Assembly: GCA_010093705.1 (NCBI GenBank)
Contig: MU006117.1
Coordinates: forward strand, 77,707-141,706
Direction: 5' to 3'
From: Patellaria atrata CBS 101060
Lineage: Eukaryota
Length of the DNA: 64,000 nucleotides
Shown here: one piece after another, positions 10,595 through 23,739 of the stretch
Numbering within the stretch: position 1 is the first letter of the stretch
Layout: the number at the start of each line of letters is the position of its first letter
Translations under genes and position numbers: made by a program
The notes under the pieces: generated by a model
What the model was told of the DNA's origin: nothing
The model's database searches: none
The model's input: only the letters and a program-made list of their open reading frames with translations

Positions 10595-13500
10595 TTACTG
10601 TACTACTTGTCCATCCGGACTTGTAACTTCCATCATTCGTAACCTGGACGGCGATTCCTCAACAACAGGAGCCTTGCTCCTGGAGGTTCTGCCTGTGATA
10701 TTTAACGCCGCTAAATTAGGTATCCCAGTTGGTAGAGACGGTACTTCAATAGCCCGTCGACGACCATGGTCATCATCATCATCATCATCCCTTTTCCCTT
10801 TATCCTCTTCTTTCTTTGCTTTTCCCTTCTCCTCCTGTTCATCGTCTTCTTGCACGAGGTCTGCGCCCGGCAATTCTATATTAGTGACACCCAGTGTTCT
10901 CTTGATATCGTCTAATAAGACCTCCATCGGACAAATGTACGCAAAACACGTCTTATCACACCATGCGAGCACATGCCCGCATACACGTCCTCGCTCATTA
11001 TCTACAACCCAGGCGCCAGAGTCACCGGGGACACCAAGACCCCCTGTGACGACAAAGCTCCTGGCAAAGGTACGACGACGATATATGCGCACCGCACTCA
11101 TCGCGGGGCCAACCACACCCGCTTTCAATCCCGATGTCCGACCAAAGCAATGAACGTCGAGATTTGCTAAGTCCTTCTGCGGAGCAAACTGCACTGGATA
11201 CTCATCCTGATCTGCTGGGTAATGGTGTCTGCAGACCGGGCTTTGGAGTTCTGGGGTAACTCGAGGACGGTGACTTCGGCGCAATAATCTGCCGCCTGCG
11301 ATAAGATTATATGGTTGTAGACGCTTCGGATCTAGTTTCAGTAATGCCCAGTCTATTTCGTGTTTCACTCCATCTCGCGTCCAGCGACGGATACCAGAAG
11401 ATGCGTGAAGATGGCCGAGTGTATTGGAAGTAAGGTGATCCTCATCCCTGTCATCCTGATCTGGAAAGAAATCGTCCTCTACATCATCCAAAGCTGGTTG
11501 CGTAACGATAATGTGGTCGCACTCCCCTGGGGTGTAGCCTGGGATGTCACCTTCCGTGGGAGCTTCCGAGGGGTCGTCACTGTCAGAGTCGTAATCGTCG
11601 GAAAGGTCGACTAGTGAAGATTGGTCGTCATCATCGAATACATGTTCTTCCCCGTCCCACTCGTCCTCTTCATCTGAGATAAAATATGCTTCATCCTCAA
11701 GCTGTAAGCTTGAGCGTGATCCCATTGCCGCGAAATATGGATCAGCATGCTGACGTGCACTCGACCTGGTTATTTCTTCATCGTATTCTTCTTCATCCTC
11801 ACTAGGTGGATCCAACAAATGGTGTACTGTCATTCCATATGGTTCACCGTCAACAAGTATCACACCGCCATAAGACACTGGTGGAAGATGCTTTTCGTCT
11901 ATGTATGCGCCAATAGATGCTCCACACAATGGTCTTTCCTGATAGTATGGATTCAGAGGTCTCAGATCACCCCCTTGTGTGTTGAAGTTTTCCATAGACC
12001 GATGTGGTGGGGGTACCCTTCTCCTACGTTGAGGAAGCTTTGATCTACAAACCTTCCCTTTTCGAACCTTGAGATCAAAGGTTTTCGTGTCATAATTGAG
12101 TTTTTTGTTCAATGCTGCTCTGACCTTCTGTGTAGAAGTGCAAGTAACGAAGATAGTCGGTCGTGCTATAGCTGGTGTTTCGCCCACAGACAGCAGATCT
12201 ATGCTGACAGTTTCAGGAGATGTCTTTAAGGTACGCTCTAAAATCCGCTCAATGTTCGGTAGTAAAGTCTGATGCCACACATCTAAGATAGTCCGAGATA
12301 GTTTGACCGGCTGAATCCGTAGTTTTGATCGTGGACGGATGGTTTCGGATTTGATCTCAATGTGTGACACTTCAGAGACTATTCTACTTTCAATTTGCAG
12401 TGGTTCATCCATAAAATTTTGCTGTGAAGTAAGTTCCGGTGTTTGGGCTTCCGAGCTTCTGCGTAGAAGTCTAGCTCGATAATGTCTCTGGATCAGTACG
12501 ATTTTACGCTTGTATTCAGTAAAGGAAACCCTGCTACTCCTCGAACGCCATGCCTTCTGGATCCTTTCGGCAGCATCTGCTACTTTCTCTTTGTAAAGAG
12601 ACGATAGATCAACTTCCTCTTCGATTGTCTTTACACTGGGGCTTTCATGACCAGAGTGATGCCGTAGGCTGGGGAAGCGATGGTGACGACTTTGTTCATG
12701 GCTCGGGTCTCCGCTCCCATCACGCTTGATTTTAGGCTCTGATTGTGGTTTACCTATTGAATGTAAGGATTTACTCAGTTGGAGTGACGATCTCGTCTTT
12801 AAATATTTACTTACTTGATTGCAATGGAGACGGTCCTGGCTGCTGGCCAGAACGGCGAACTGGGCTTGCCTTCCATGAAGCTGTTGATTCAATTTTCCGC
12901 GCCGACAACGGAGTAGTTGCCCAAGGGTCAGTGAAGGGTATTACTCCGACGCTTTCCGTACTCTCATCTAACATGCAGCATTTCTGTAATCTGAGTATTG
13001 CTTGGTTGTACAGTTGATTGGATGGGTGATCTGCCTTACGGTCTGCAGCCGCAAGACAGTCCTGAACCACTTTCATGTATACAGTACCACATTTTGACGC
13101 CAGTTTCTTTACCCAGGTGTTTTCCACTCTAGCGCGGAAGTTCGCAAGGGTGTACTTAGGTTTGAAAATCTCAATGAGCGGGACCCACAGACCGATTTCG
13201 AGGAGGATAAGTCCCAAAGAATACATGTCGAATCGTGAATTGTAGGAACCACTTCGTGTCCCTTTTGCTCGAGGATCTTCGGGATGCCGATAGATGTTTT
13301 GGGTTTCCGGTGCGGCCGAAGCAGTGTTGAATTCAGAGAAGAGGTCTGGAGAAGAAATGAAAGGTGACCTGACCTCGAAATCTGGATCACGAGGCGCACC
13401 TGGAGACCTTGGAGTCGATCGCTTCTTCTTAAAGAGAATTATATTGCTGCTGTTGACGTCCTGATGGGAGAATTCTTGGCTATGCAACTTGCTGAAAGAT

Positions 13501-14675
13501 ACTGTCAGATTCAGTGCTAAGCGGAACTTTTCTTCCAGAGCCGGAATAGGAGGCGCTATCGTGGAATTTGTAGCATTGAATGATTTCGAGGATGCTTGTA
13601 GGACGCTCAACAATGTGACCGGGCGCAACTCATCCGACCGTTTAGAAGCATCTGCAGGTCCATTATACACAAACTTTGGTAATTCATATACTAATCCGTA
13701 ACGAGGTTGCTTGGGATCTTCGAAGTAACCCGCGCAGTTCAAAGTTCCATATGTGTTATTTTCTGCACCCACTTTTGCACGGCTCAGGTAAATTAAAAGA
13801 GCATTGAGTCGTTTTTGATCGGGCTGAATAAGCGTCTCTCTGTAGACAGGATCGAAGTCGGCATACTCGACAAGGACAGGAGTAGTGATCTGTTTACTCC
13901 CGTCCGACTTCCAGGGGTTAGTGGAGGTATGTGACTGGCGCAAGCGTCCGAGGACTCGAGCAGATGATGGTGCTCCGACAGTCTCATAAGGAGGTGGCTC
14001 CTCTTCGGGCAAGTCAAGACTGAAAAGGTCGATTTTCGGAATTGGTTGGATATCCAAAGTCGAGTGACCAGTAGAGCTAGTGCTGGGATTAACAAGCGTT
14101 ATGTCGGATTCGCTGTACTCCCGATGGAAGAATATTGGCTTAGTAGGATTGACGGTAAGAGAAGGTTTCCGGCCAGGAGCAGGCTCCGATTTGGGTGAAT
14201 AGGGATTCTGGTTAAAACCACCCCTTTCTTTAGACAGACTGTAGAGTGTGTCGTTAGATGTAATCAATTGCTTTAACAAGTCCTCGTATCTTGAACGGTC
14301 CGCCGCTGACCAAGGTCGATCGTTGTCTGAAAAGGACGCAGCCTTTTCTGAAGCTGCTTTCCTTGATATCGATGGATCATCGGCGGATTGTATTCTTTCG
14401 GCTTCTTCGACAACTTCTTTGATCGTCTGCAAGACGCTGGTAACCGTCTTAGTCAGATGTGCCCGTTCAACAGACTCATCGATGTGGTTACTGCTATCAG
14501 TCCATGCCAATCCCCAGGCTACCAATCTATCTTTCTCGATGCGATACTTGCGATGCAATGCGCTCAGTTCCGGTACATCTTGAACTTTTGATTCCTTGGC
14601 GATGATGTCGCAAGATTGCTTCGCATCAGTATAGAGATTCGTAAGCCCACCAGGTCGTACACTATACGATTCCAT
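10595..14675 (-). CDS. HeLo (HET-s/LopB-type) domain + pseudokinase + IQ motifs + trypsin-like serine protease; exons 14675-12815 and 12753-10595, ~1339 aa
   Basis: The 622-aa and 765-aa ORFs are joined in frame by a 61-nt GTAAGT...AATAG intron. Motifs: RIEKDRLVAWG (HeLo); HQDVNSSNIILF, YRHPE and DMYSLGLILLEIGLW (kinase fold); IQKAWRSR and IQRHYRAR (IQ); GMTVHH, IDWALLKL, GRTSG and GDSGAWV (protease). Confidence 0.85.
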
Positions 14676-17600
14676 TGATCAATGACGACCCCAACAACGA
14701 CGAAAGGTGGTTTTACGATGGCGACAACAAAATTATATATTATTGTATGTTAGAATAAAAAAGGAGTATGTCTAGTTAGTAACAGAATCCGGGGAGGAAC
14801 TAGCAGGGACGGCAGGATAGATAATAGGGAAAGTTTGGGGGCTAAAATGAACGAACTCTTGGGGGCCAATTCCTGTTGCCTGGTGATGCGCGTCTGTAAG
14901 TACCGTAACCGAATGCCCACATGTCGCATGCGATGTGTGCGAGCAAGGGGGGGTGTGCGACAACTCTCTCGGTTCACACCTTTTTTAGGCGGTTGGAAGC
15001 CCCGTACTCCGTATAATCCCCTTCACTTGATCCAACTTCCCAGGGGCGGAGCAAACTCGTGTGCTGTCGGGGTCCAGCCAACCCGGTCAGCTTAAAACCA
15101 AAGCCTCAGGTTTCAGGCCGCTTACCCTTGTTCCCTTTGTGTTTCCTACCTCCCAAACTCTCCCTTTCATATAAATGAGGCTGTGCTGCCTGCAGCAAGC
15201 GACAACAAAACGTGTCTTTCCCCATTTTCCAGCTTCGGTGGTCGCGATATATGACGGTGTGTGACCTTGACGTCGCCTTCCAGAGATCTTTACCTATGAA
15301 ACCTCCGAGCGAATCGTGCATAAAGTACTTGTAAGGTACGGAATGTAACACATCGCGAGCACTTGGAGGTTTCTGTCCAGTGAAGAGTTTAATTTCTTGA
15401 GGTTATATCCAACATCAATACTTATGCCTGTGTCATTATCAGGCACGGTCAGATTTCATTCGTGGCTGAAGTTTCTATAGTAATAGTCCTCGTTGAATAC
15501 ATCCCATAATATCTTCATCCCAGCTAGTCAGCCTATCAACGTCATCTTCAATCTAATACCGGTGGATGGCCAAGTTTGTCCTTACATCTTGATATGTCTA
15601 GGCTCCAGAAAAATAACATTGGTTATCGTCATGTATGTTTTGGTCTGCTGATGTACGGGTACCCCTTTAACGTTAAAAGATCGTTACGCCTCACTGCTTC
15701 CAGGAAGATACGGATTGGTACGGCGGTGACACTTTATCAGCTAGGCCGACTTACAATACAGCTAGATGAGTCAATCTCTCCTTTGCAGTCACCTAAAGGA
15801 GTCCTATCAAGTTTATCAGGCGCAAGCAAAATATCGAGGATTTTGTTTTTAGCAATTCCAGTCTGCCATCAAAAATTCTATTCATGTCATTCTTGTAAAG
15901 GAGTATAAATCTCGGAAATGACTCATTTCAGTGTAATGATGCCTTCTACATCATGTTATTGTTGTCAATGTTCAAATGTCATCGTTGTTTCCCAGGATGC
16001 TATTTCTCCGATCTTCGCAAGTCTTCTAGTAGCCCATTGTTCTTATGGTCCTCTGCTTGCGGCTATATTGCATAGTTTCTGTATGAACCTTGGAAACCAA
16101 TACATCATGGAAACAAGAAAAGTTACCTAACAGACGATCTGAGGGTGTTGCAAGGCCAGAAAGTATGGACGATCTCCGCAGACCAACACAAGAGGGAGGC
16201 CAGTATAGCCCTGATTCTCTTTCCTCCAGACCACTTATCAGAACTGAAACGACAGAGCTGTATGTTAGTAGTACCCTCCCGGGGTCCATGAAGGCGATGG
16301 TACGGATCGGTATTGCTCGAGATTCACATAGAAATTCAACTGTTGAGTCGATTACAAAATACCGCTCGTTACGTCTTTTGGATTACAGAAACAATATCCA
16401 ACACGAACCAGTATAATCCGCCCAGAACTTGTTTAAGCAAGATAGATCATGTTCATGAAGTCGTATGCTACCCAATGGCTGCGACATGGCTCGCGTTTGC
16501 CTGGCTTGGTATGATTACGTATGTGCAATAGTACGACGGTCTTCTATTAGGCAAAGTCTCCTTCAGAGAACTATTGTGCGATGTGCAGAGCACGGTAATC
16601 ACACAGTTAAGCTTCTTGATTCCTCTCAATGTGCTTAGGAACAATAACTAAGCCCTTGACAATCGGAAAATTCAAATAATAATAGGTTGTTGACGGGGCG
16701 CATCCCTTGACAATGTTTGCTTGAGCAGTTCCATGGCGGATAGCATCCATCCGTACCATCAGTTAGTATTCTCCAAATCAAAATTCCATTACAAATCTAT
16801 AGGATAGGATAGAAGAAGCCGATAGTATCATAACAATGATAAGAATAGCAGTATTTGTGAGCGAGACGCCAGCGTGAATTATCGTTTTAGGTTGGCGCCG
16901 CGAAAACGATGGTGCGCAACGGCTTCCAGGGGGTTCCTTGAGCTCCGGCGATGACATACCCATGTGGCGGTGCTAGGTCGCGTTTATTCCGCCCTCATCT
17001 GCTCTGCGAACCATCTATCTAACAACAGCTCGCTCCTTCTACTAAGCATGAGGGCCTTGTAAAGCTTTAATATCCCGTAAGGCCGATTAATTCCTTGTTA
17101 CTATTTGTTGATATTCATCATTTAGGCAGCTCTGTGGGATGAAATCTATAATCATTCCTTCACCTCCTTCATCGCTTACCCTGTCACGGGCTCACAGCTT
17201 CTCCTACTATAAAAACGCCTCAGTTGGACAGCCTCCCAATTGACCGGATTATCTTGGCTCGAAGTCTTCAATCGAGACAAATATAAGGCTTTGCGAACTC
17301 CTACCATTGCGGCCCAGGGCAAATATATCTCAAAGCCCTTGCACCGCTCTGAACTAACATCGTAGTATCAGTTCCTCCAGCCCGTAAGATAAAACAAGGC
17401 ATTAAGTTCGTGAGGTAGCCTTTTCTTTGCTTTTACAAGGCTTATATCCTGTTAGGTTCGAATTACTGATGCATATACACCGCGTGTACGGTCCGGTCAC
17501 TGTACCATTATTAGGGCGGTTTTAACATTCAGTTGCTGTACAGTACATTGTGTTAAAATCCTTGCTTAAAGGAGAAATCTGGTGAGCTATGACAAGAATG

Positions 17601-19143
17601 GAGAGATGTGTGAGTGGATCTTCATCATTTCTTCATTAATCTAATACCTCAACTGTTCGTAAAACGTTTTCTCTCGTTCGTCGCGAAGGATGTCTCCGTT
17701 TCCAATAACGTTTCACGCGTCGTAAATGATCAGTATTTGCACCTGATAATGGCCGACTAAACTTCCCATAAATTTCGACGAGATTTTCTCCCTTCCATAG
17801 CTTGCCCTTACTTCTCCTGTCATTCTCTCTCTCTAGAAACTTCTGAACTAGACAATCACCAGCAGGTTTGCCCTCAAAAAGAGATGTAAACAGCGTTCTC
17901 TTCCTTATGGTCCGTTTTTTGTTCGATTTCTCAGAGCTATCATTTGTAAAGATTCTTGCAGCTTTACTCGGGCTTTTTCAAGATGTTGGCCGGTCTATTT
18001 TCCCTCCACGCAGGATATGTACATCGCTATGAAGAATAGAGTAATTGTATACCGGAGACTGAACTTGCCCCGGTTTAGTTATTAACTGGTGAGTATAGCA
18101 ATGCGCATGTTTCGGAACGTACCTGAAATAGACTCGTCCATTCTCTACCACCGTCGGACCTAGTAATCTCAATTTCGTGGGCTTACTCGATCCCGGAGCG
18201 TGGGAAGTTGAGTTGAAGGTTGTAACTATAGTGCATTACCGGATAATCAGAGGTTGTCGAAGCTTGTATAGTATTTCGTCGTGTTGATCGCTTTTCTCGA
18301 AGTCGGTTCTGAGGAATGATTGAATATGTTGGAGGGTGAGAGAAAATGAGTAGATATTACTGTCGCAGTTTATTTTGCAATCAGTAAGTATCACGATACT
18401 TTGAAGATAATTTCCGGTTTGAAATAGTTCGGTTCTGTCGCTGAAAAGATGGTAACGAAATCCAGCAACCATGGGTCTATTAGCCAGATTTCTGAACATA
18501 GAATGCTCCCGTTCTATCAAAGTTGATGAATAGAGGCTGCATTACGCTACCATCAACGAGTAACGTTCAAGAAGGAGGGCTTCCATCGAGGACCCCATCA
18601 CTCTCTCTTCTAAGAGACTTCTGGGCATATTGTACAGTCGCGCCTGAGACGTCTGCGACTTCGGTCTTCTCGGCAACCGGACCCTAAATGGCCTCGTTGC
18701 GCACATAGCAACTCCAATGTATCGACTGCTGGGGTTGAATAAAGAGTCAAAATCGACAATACGCCGTCGTACATATGAAGAGCTACAGCAAGCGACGAGT
18801 ACCAACAGCCAGAGGATGCAAGAAACAAACGACGCACCAAGATCAAAGTACAGACCTTTCAATTTAAAACTAATCGCAGCATAAGAACACACATTATCCA
18901 AACGCCCATATCCGATCCTTGTGGAGAACGACCAAATTGACCACGGAGAGTCCGCATCTACATCGCGTATTACACCGTAGACAGTGAATATATCAACCCT
19001 GATCACATATTTCGCCTTGGTTCTATTGCGTCACTTCGATTACCAGAACTATCACAGTACCACAACACCAATACCCATCTGCAATGTTTATTCATGTCTA
19101 AGATCCCATCTTCATCTGTCCGCCACCCCTCATGGCACCTTTA

Positions 19144-19362
19144 TCACATTAGCATCTTTTTGACCCATTCGGACTGACGTAAATGCGACTCACTTCTGAA
19201 CATCTTCTGCTCCTCCGTCATTTCAAAACTCTTTTTCTGTTTTTGTCCCTTTTCGATTAGGGAGAGGTCACTGGACGTGCTGGCGACAGAGTAGATTGAG
19301 GTTGTAGGTGTCTTCTTAGGGGAGGAGCTGGCAACAGAAGTTCCGGTAGAGTTAGAAGGCAT
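19144..19362 (-). CDS. Small Ser/Thr-rich hypothetical protein, 72 aa
   Basis: Good start context (ctacaacaATG), upstream TATATAA on the minus strand near 19681-19687, and a composition typical of small fungal proteins. Confidence 0.6.
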   Translation of the reverse strand: MPSNSTGTSVASSSPKKTPTTSIYSVASTSSDLSLIEKGQKQKKSFEMTEEQKMFRSESHLRQSEWVKKMLM

Positions 19363-19546
19363 TGTTGTAGGTTGGAAGAGTGAGAGTTATGTGGTTGTCA
19401 GGTGTTCAATATCTTTGGGTTTCAATGAATTCGTAGCCTTTGTGCTGGCGAGGAAACTGGGTAAAAGCGTTCAGGAGGTGATTTGAATGGAATCGGCGGA
19501 TTCGACAGATGATAGAGTTCAGGAGTTTAATTGAGTCAAGTTAAGT

Positions 19547-19588
19547 GGTATAAAAAAGGTGGTATAAAAAAGGCGGTATAAAAAAGGT
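19547..19588. repeat. Three tandem copies of 14-mer GGTATAAAAAAGGY
   Basis: Copies at 19547-19560, 19561-19574 and 19575-19588. Confidence 0.9.
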
Positions 19589-22500
19589 ATCGTAGAGCTA
19601 GTATAATTATTCTGTAGTAAATTGTGCTTCGATCTCTTATCTCATATGTGAATTTCTAGTGTCTGCCTGATTCACATCCCTTATATACCTTCCCCCCAAT
19701 GCAACCGCAGCTCTAAAATCCCCCAAATCCGTACTCCGCATCCTGACTAATACACAATCCTATAATCACCGCAAACCGAACCAACCCGTAGCAAACGCAA
19801 GGCGATAATCAATACGTACCTTCGCACGTATGCCTTTCGCAGCCTTACGACCCTACTTACGGAATCAACGCACGTCGGAGCTCGGCCAAGGTCACGGAAT
19901 GGATGCCGGAGCTCGCTTGTAGAACCAATGCTCTGCGATACCTACAGCTCTAGCTCTCTCTCGACACCTCACCCTTGCACTCGCTTGCATAACAAACTCC
20001 AGGTCACCGACTTCGACGATCGTCAACTACGCAGTTTGCGTGCGGTGACTCATCTAAACGGCGTGTTGACGCGGTGTGCACGCGTTGGACTACGCATGTA
20101 CTCCGTAGAACTAGTTCGAAGTGTGGGGTGGAGATCAGATACGGATGGGATTATTTTTGGGATGCGGTATTCGCCCTTTGAGGGATTGTGTGGTGGAGGA
20201 TCTGGGATTCTGCGGCGTCCATTATTACTGTACTCCATCTGCGAAGCCCTGAGGGATTGACTTGTTGGAAGCATGCGAAATTCCACTTGTGTGGGGTATA
20301 GGTCTATCTGATGAAAATGCTCGCGGCGTGGAGAGCGATTTTAATATGATGAAATGGCGCGTAGTGCGGTTGTATTATTCTAGGGATGGTAGGTCTGGAA
20401 GAGGAGACTCTCCGACACTTCTGATGGGAAGAGTTGTTGGTATGGTAGGAAGAGTCGGTGAGGTGAGTTCTGTTTACTGCAGTTCTATGTTATGATGCCT
20501 ACTTTATTTATTAGCTTTCTCTTGCAGATGAACATGGGTCTTTTAGTTCAAGACCTAGATTTTTTCTATCCTTTTGCTCTGTTTTGTCTCTGCGATTCCA
20601 AATTATCAATTTATTCTTTACTAGGTTGGAGCGTCCAATACCACCTTTTTAGTTTCCTACTCTAAGTCATATATCTGGTTTCAGTTTTGATTCAAACAGG
20701 TTCCTAAACGTCTCGTTACGGGATAGGGATTTTAAATCAGCACGCCTACTTGTAAACGCCTGTTGTTGTTTCTGGCTAGGCTGTTCTTTCGAATGTCTCA
20801 GTTTCCTCTCGAATTAGCACGTATTTACAGGGTGTTCTTCGACCCTGCTCTTTCTCTCAACCCCCAATGTAGTAGTACTGAGCGCGAGCTACACTTCTAG
20901 TTCACTCTCTTGTACGTCAGATTCATGACCCCTCAATCCGCGAACGTTTCTACCATGAGATGTAGAAATATCCTCTGCTTTCTCGTAGTCTTTTGTGCTA
21001 TCTAATTAGTTTTGATCGCCCCCAGGGCTAAAGGAAAACAGACCTCTCTTGAAAAAACCTCATCCTAGCGAAAGATACGTTGCTCTGAGGGCGGTCAGAC
21101 CAGATACCAGGAAATCCAAATTGAGCATATAGGCCGAAAGCCTTGACCCTTATCTTGAAACTGTTCATGCAGATCGTAAGAATGTGCAATTTAGTTGGAC
21201 AATCGCATCTACAACAACGCGAGGATTTCGTAACAGCCTTGGATTAACGTACAACCCCACATACATGGTAATTATGTTTGCACATTCTCACCGCTAGCGA
21301 GTGGAATAGAGCTTGATGCAATGTGGGACGTTGATTGCGCCGATCCAGTATGGAGCATATCTAGTCATACCGTAGGCGGCTCGCGCCATTGTTTCGAGGC
21401 GTCCCCATTCTAATCAGGAAGGATTGACCAACAGAAGCCAAGTATACGAAGACGGATATTAAAAGATGGAACCCATATGAGAGAATCACATGCATTACGA
21501 AAAGATTGAGGACGCCATTGAAGTGATAGTTCATCCAACCGAAGTACACGGGGATGATCCCCCACCGCAGACTATGTTACGGGAACTATACGTTATCAAA
21601 AGCTCCTGTCCGTATCCGCAATTGTGGCGGATAAAACAGCAGTCGATTTGAGCCACAGCATACGGGGAGCATCAAGTCCTGTGGTATAGAGATCTCGTCT
21701 CTATGACATTTCCCGGCGTGGTTAATCCCAATGAACACATAGCTCTCCGCGCTCATCCATAAGTTTAGGCAGCTAGCCTCTCATACAGCTACTCTACAGC
21801 ATCCGACTTCCCCGCAGAGATCCGAGCAATCGTATAATATGACCGAATCCGCAGTATGGCTGACCTGTACGGGCCACGAGAATACCAGAATAGGGTATGT
21901 TCAACGGTACACCGATGTCTGTTCACCGAATGTACAGCAATGTATTCCGGATGTGCATAGATTTAGGGAAAATATATATACCCTCCGTACGCTGCTAGGC
22001 TGCTAGGAAATACAGTCACAGTAACGGATGACCCATTACCTTAGCTTCGGGCGTCGAACAGGTACCTTACCTTGTAACACCCAACCACATACCACCCGAT
22101 AATTAGCACCTGACCCAAACTCCCGTCAACCCTCCCACTATCTTACCTTTAGTTCATCCCCGTCCTGTCCGAAGTCCCAAAGTCCTCCCTACCGTTCCCA
22201 CCCGACCAGAACCCGCGTAACCTACCCGCAGCATGCCTGCCTTAAACCCCCCCCCCTCCTTCCGAACCGGGAAGTCGACCCAGGACCCCGAGGAAGGAGG
22301 GCGGCTGTAGCAAAACTTCCATTGGACGGATAGAGAACCCTAAGGGGTTAGTAAGATAGAGATGGGACCGGTAAGGTACCGTGAGGGGGATTGGGTAAGG
22401 GAAGATAAGAGCGTCCAATCTATCTCATGTACCTTCGATCACGTTTGTCTGTTTGGGAAGAAAGTAAGGTGGGAGGTTAACTCGATTACCTCCCTTACCT

Positions 22501-22868
22501 CCACTTGTTCGATGTTCGGTGCGGATTGGGTTCGAGCTAAGGTCACCGTGACTCGATTCCGTGCCGTTGAGGTGTGCTTTGCTTTGCTCCCATTGTTTAC
22601 AGGATAGGTATTGAGGTTGGTTACCCAATTACATGGGTAGGATGAGTGTATTGATGGAATAGAGAAGTTGGAGTATGGTCTATGACTCAGTAAGTCAGTG
22701 TATGAGAAATTACCAATTGAGAAAGGGTATTATTCAACAGAAGAGTAGACGAGATATTGCAATATTAATATTTACATCTATCAATGTATCAAGATATCCA
22801 TCTATAAACTCCATCGCTAATCCTAGCAAGCATTCTAGAGACCTCATTCCCGCATCACCACTCGTCCT

Positions 22869-23739
22869 CTATTTCCCATGAACAAACATCCTCTCCTCCA
22901 CCGGCTGGAATGTCTTCTCGCCCGGTCGCCCAGCGCGACCTCCAAAGACCAATTGAGCCTTCAACTGCCACTGCTGCGGAACGTTCCATTCCAACTGCAC
23001 CTTTTGGTCAACGACAGGGTTGTAATGTTGCAGATTTGCGCCTAGGCCCTCAGCTTCCAATCCCACCCATAGAGCGAACTGGTGCATCGCGGACGTATGC
23101 TCGGACCACTGGGGGAATTTGTCGGAGTAGAGGGGGAATGATTCCATAAGTTTGTTGACAGGCTCGGGGGCTTCGTAGAAGAGAATCTGGGAAAAGTGTT
23201 AAACATACCCTTCTACGAAGCATTGTTGGTATTGAGAGTCACGTGGGAAGACTCACGGTGCCATATCCCGCCTTAAAACCATTCAGTTTCTGCTCTGTCT
23301 TGCCAAAGGCCTCAGGAGGGACCATCGGTTTCAAGACCTCCTTGGCGAAGTCCCAAAACTTGTCATGCTCGTCTTTCAGCAGTACGACGAGGCGCGCGGA
23401 CTGCGAGTTGAAGGAGCTTGGAACGTGGAGTACGGTGTCCTTGACAAGCTCTGCGATGCGGTCGTCGGAGATGGGGATGTCTTTGTTGAGTTGGTAGTAG
23501 GTGCGGCGCGTTTTGACGGCGTCGAAGAAGGCGTTTGAGGAGCCCATTACAGGAGTCGTCGTGTATGTTCTTCGAGGAGTTGATGCTGAGGTATGTTGAT
23601 GTGGTTGTACAGAGAAGTGGGGGAGTTGCCTTGAAGTACTTGTAGAAGGAACGAACAAGCCCGGAAAGACCTTTATACCGGCGCCGCGGAATTGGTGCTT
23701 CAAGCTTGGTAATGATCGTGTGACAAGCGGGCCGAACAT
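22869..23739 (-). CDS. Nitroreductase family protein, Frm2/Hbn1-like; intron 23256-23187; start at 23739 (with presequence) or 23547
   Basis: Motifs RRTYYQL, LHVPSSFNSQSAR, GFKAGYGT|ILFYE, WSEHTSAMHQFALW, GLGANLQHYNP and WQLKAQLVFG. Confidence 0.92.

Noticed and set aside
15576..19006. Scattered short ORFs and splice-like signals (e.g. TACTAAC near 16765, ORFs 16090-16416 and 18542-19006)
   Set aside because: No coherent gene model or recognisable family; possibly gene relics but not supportable by eye.
22336..22350. AACCCTAA telomere/telomerase-template-like word (also near 1462)
   Set aside because: Single short matches are expected by chance; no tandem TTAGGG and no recognisable telomerase RNA core.
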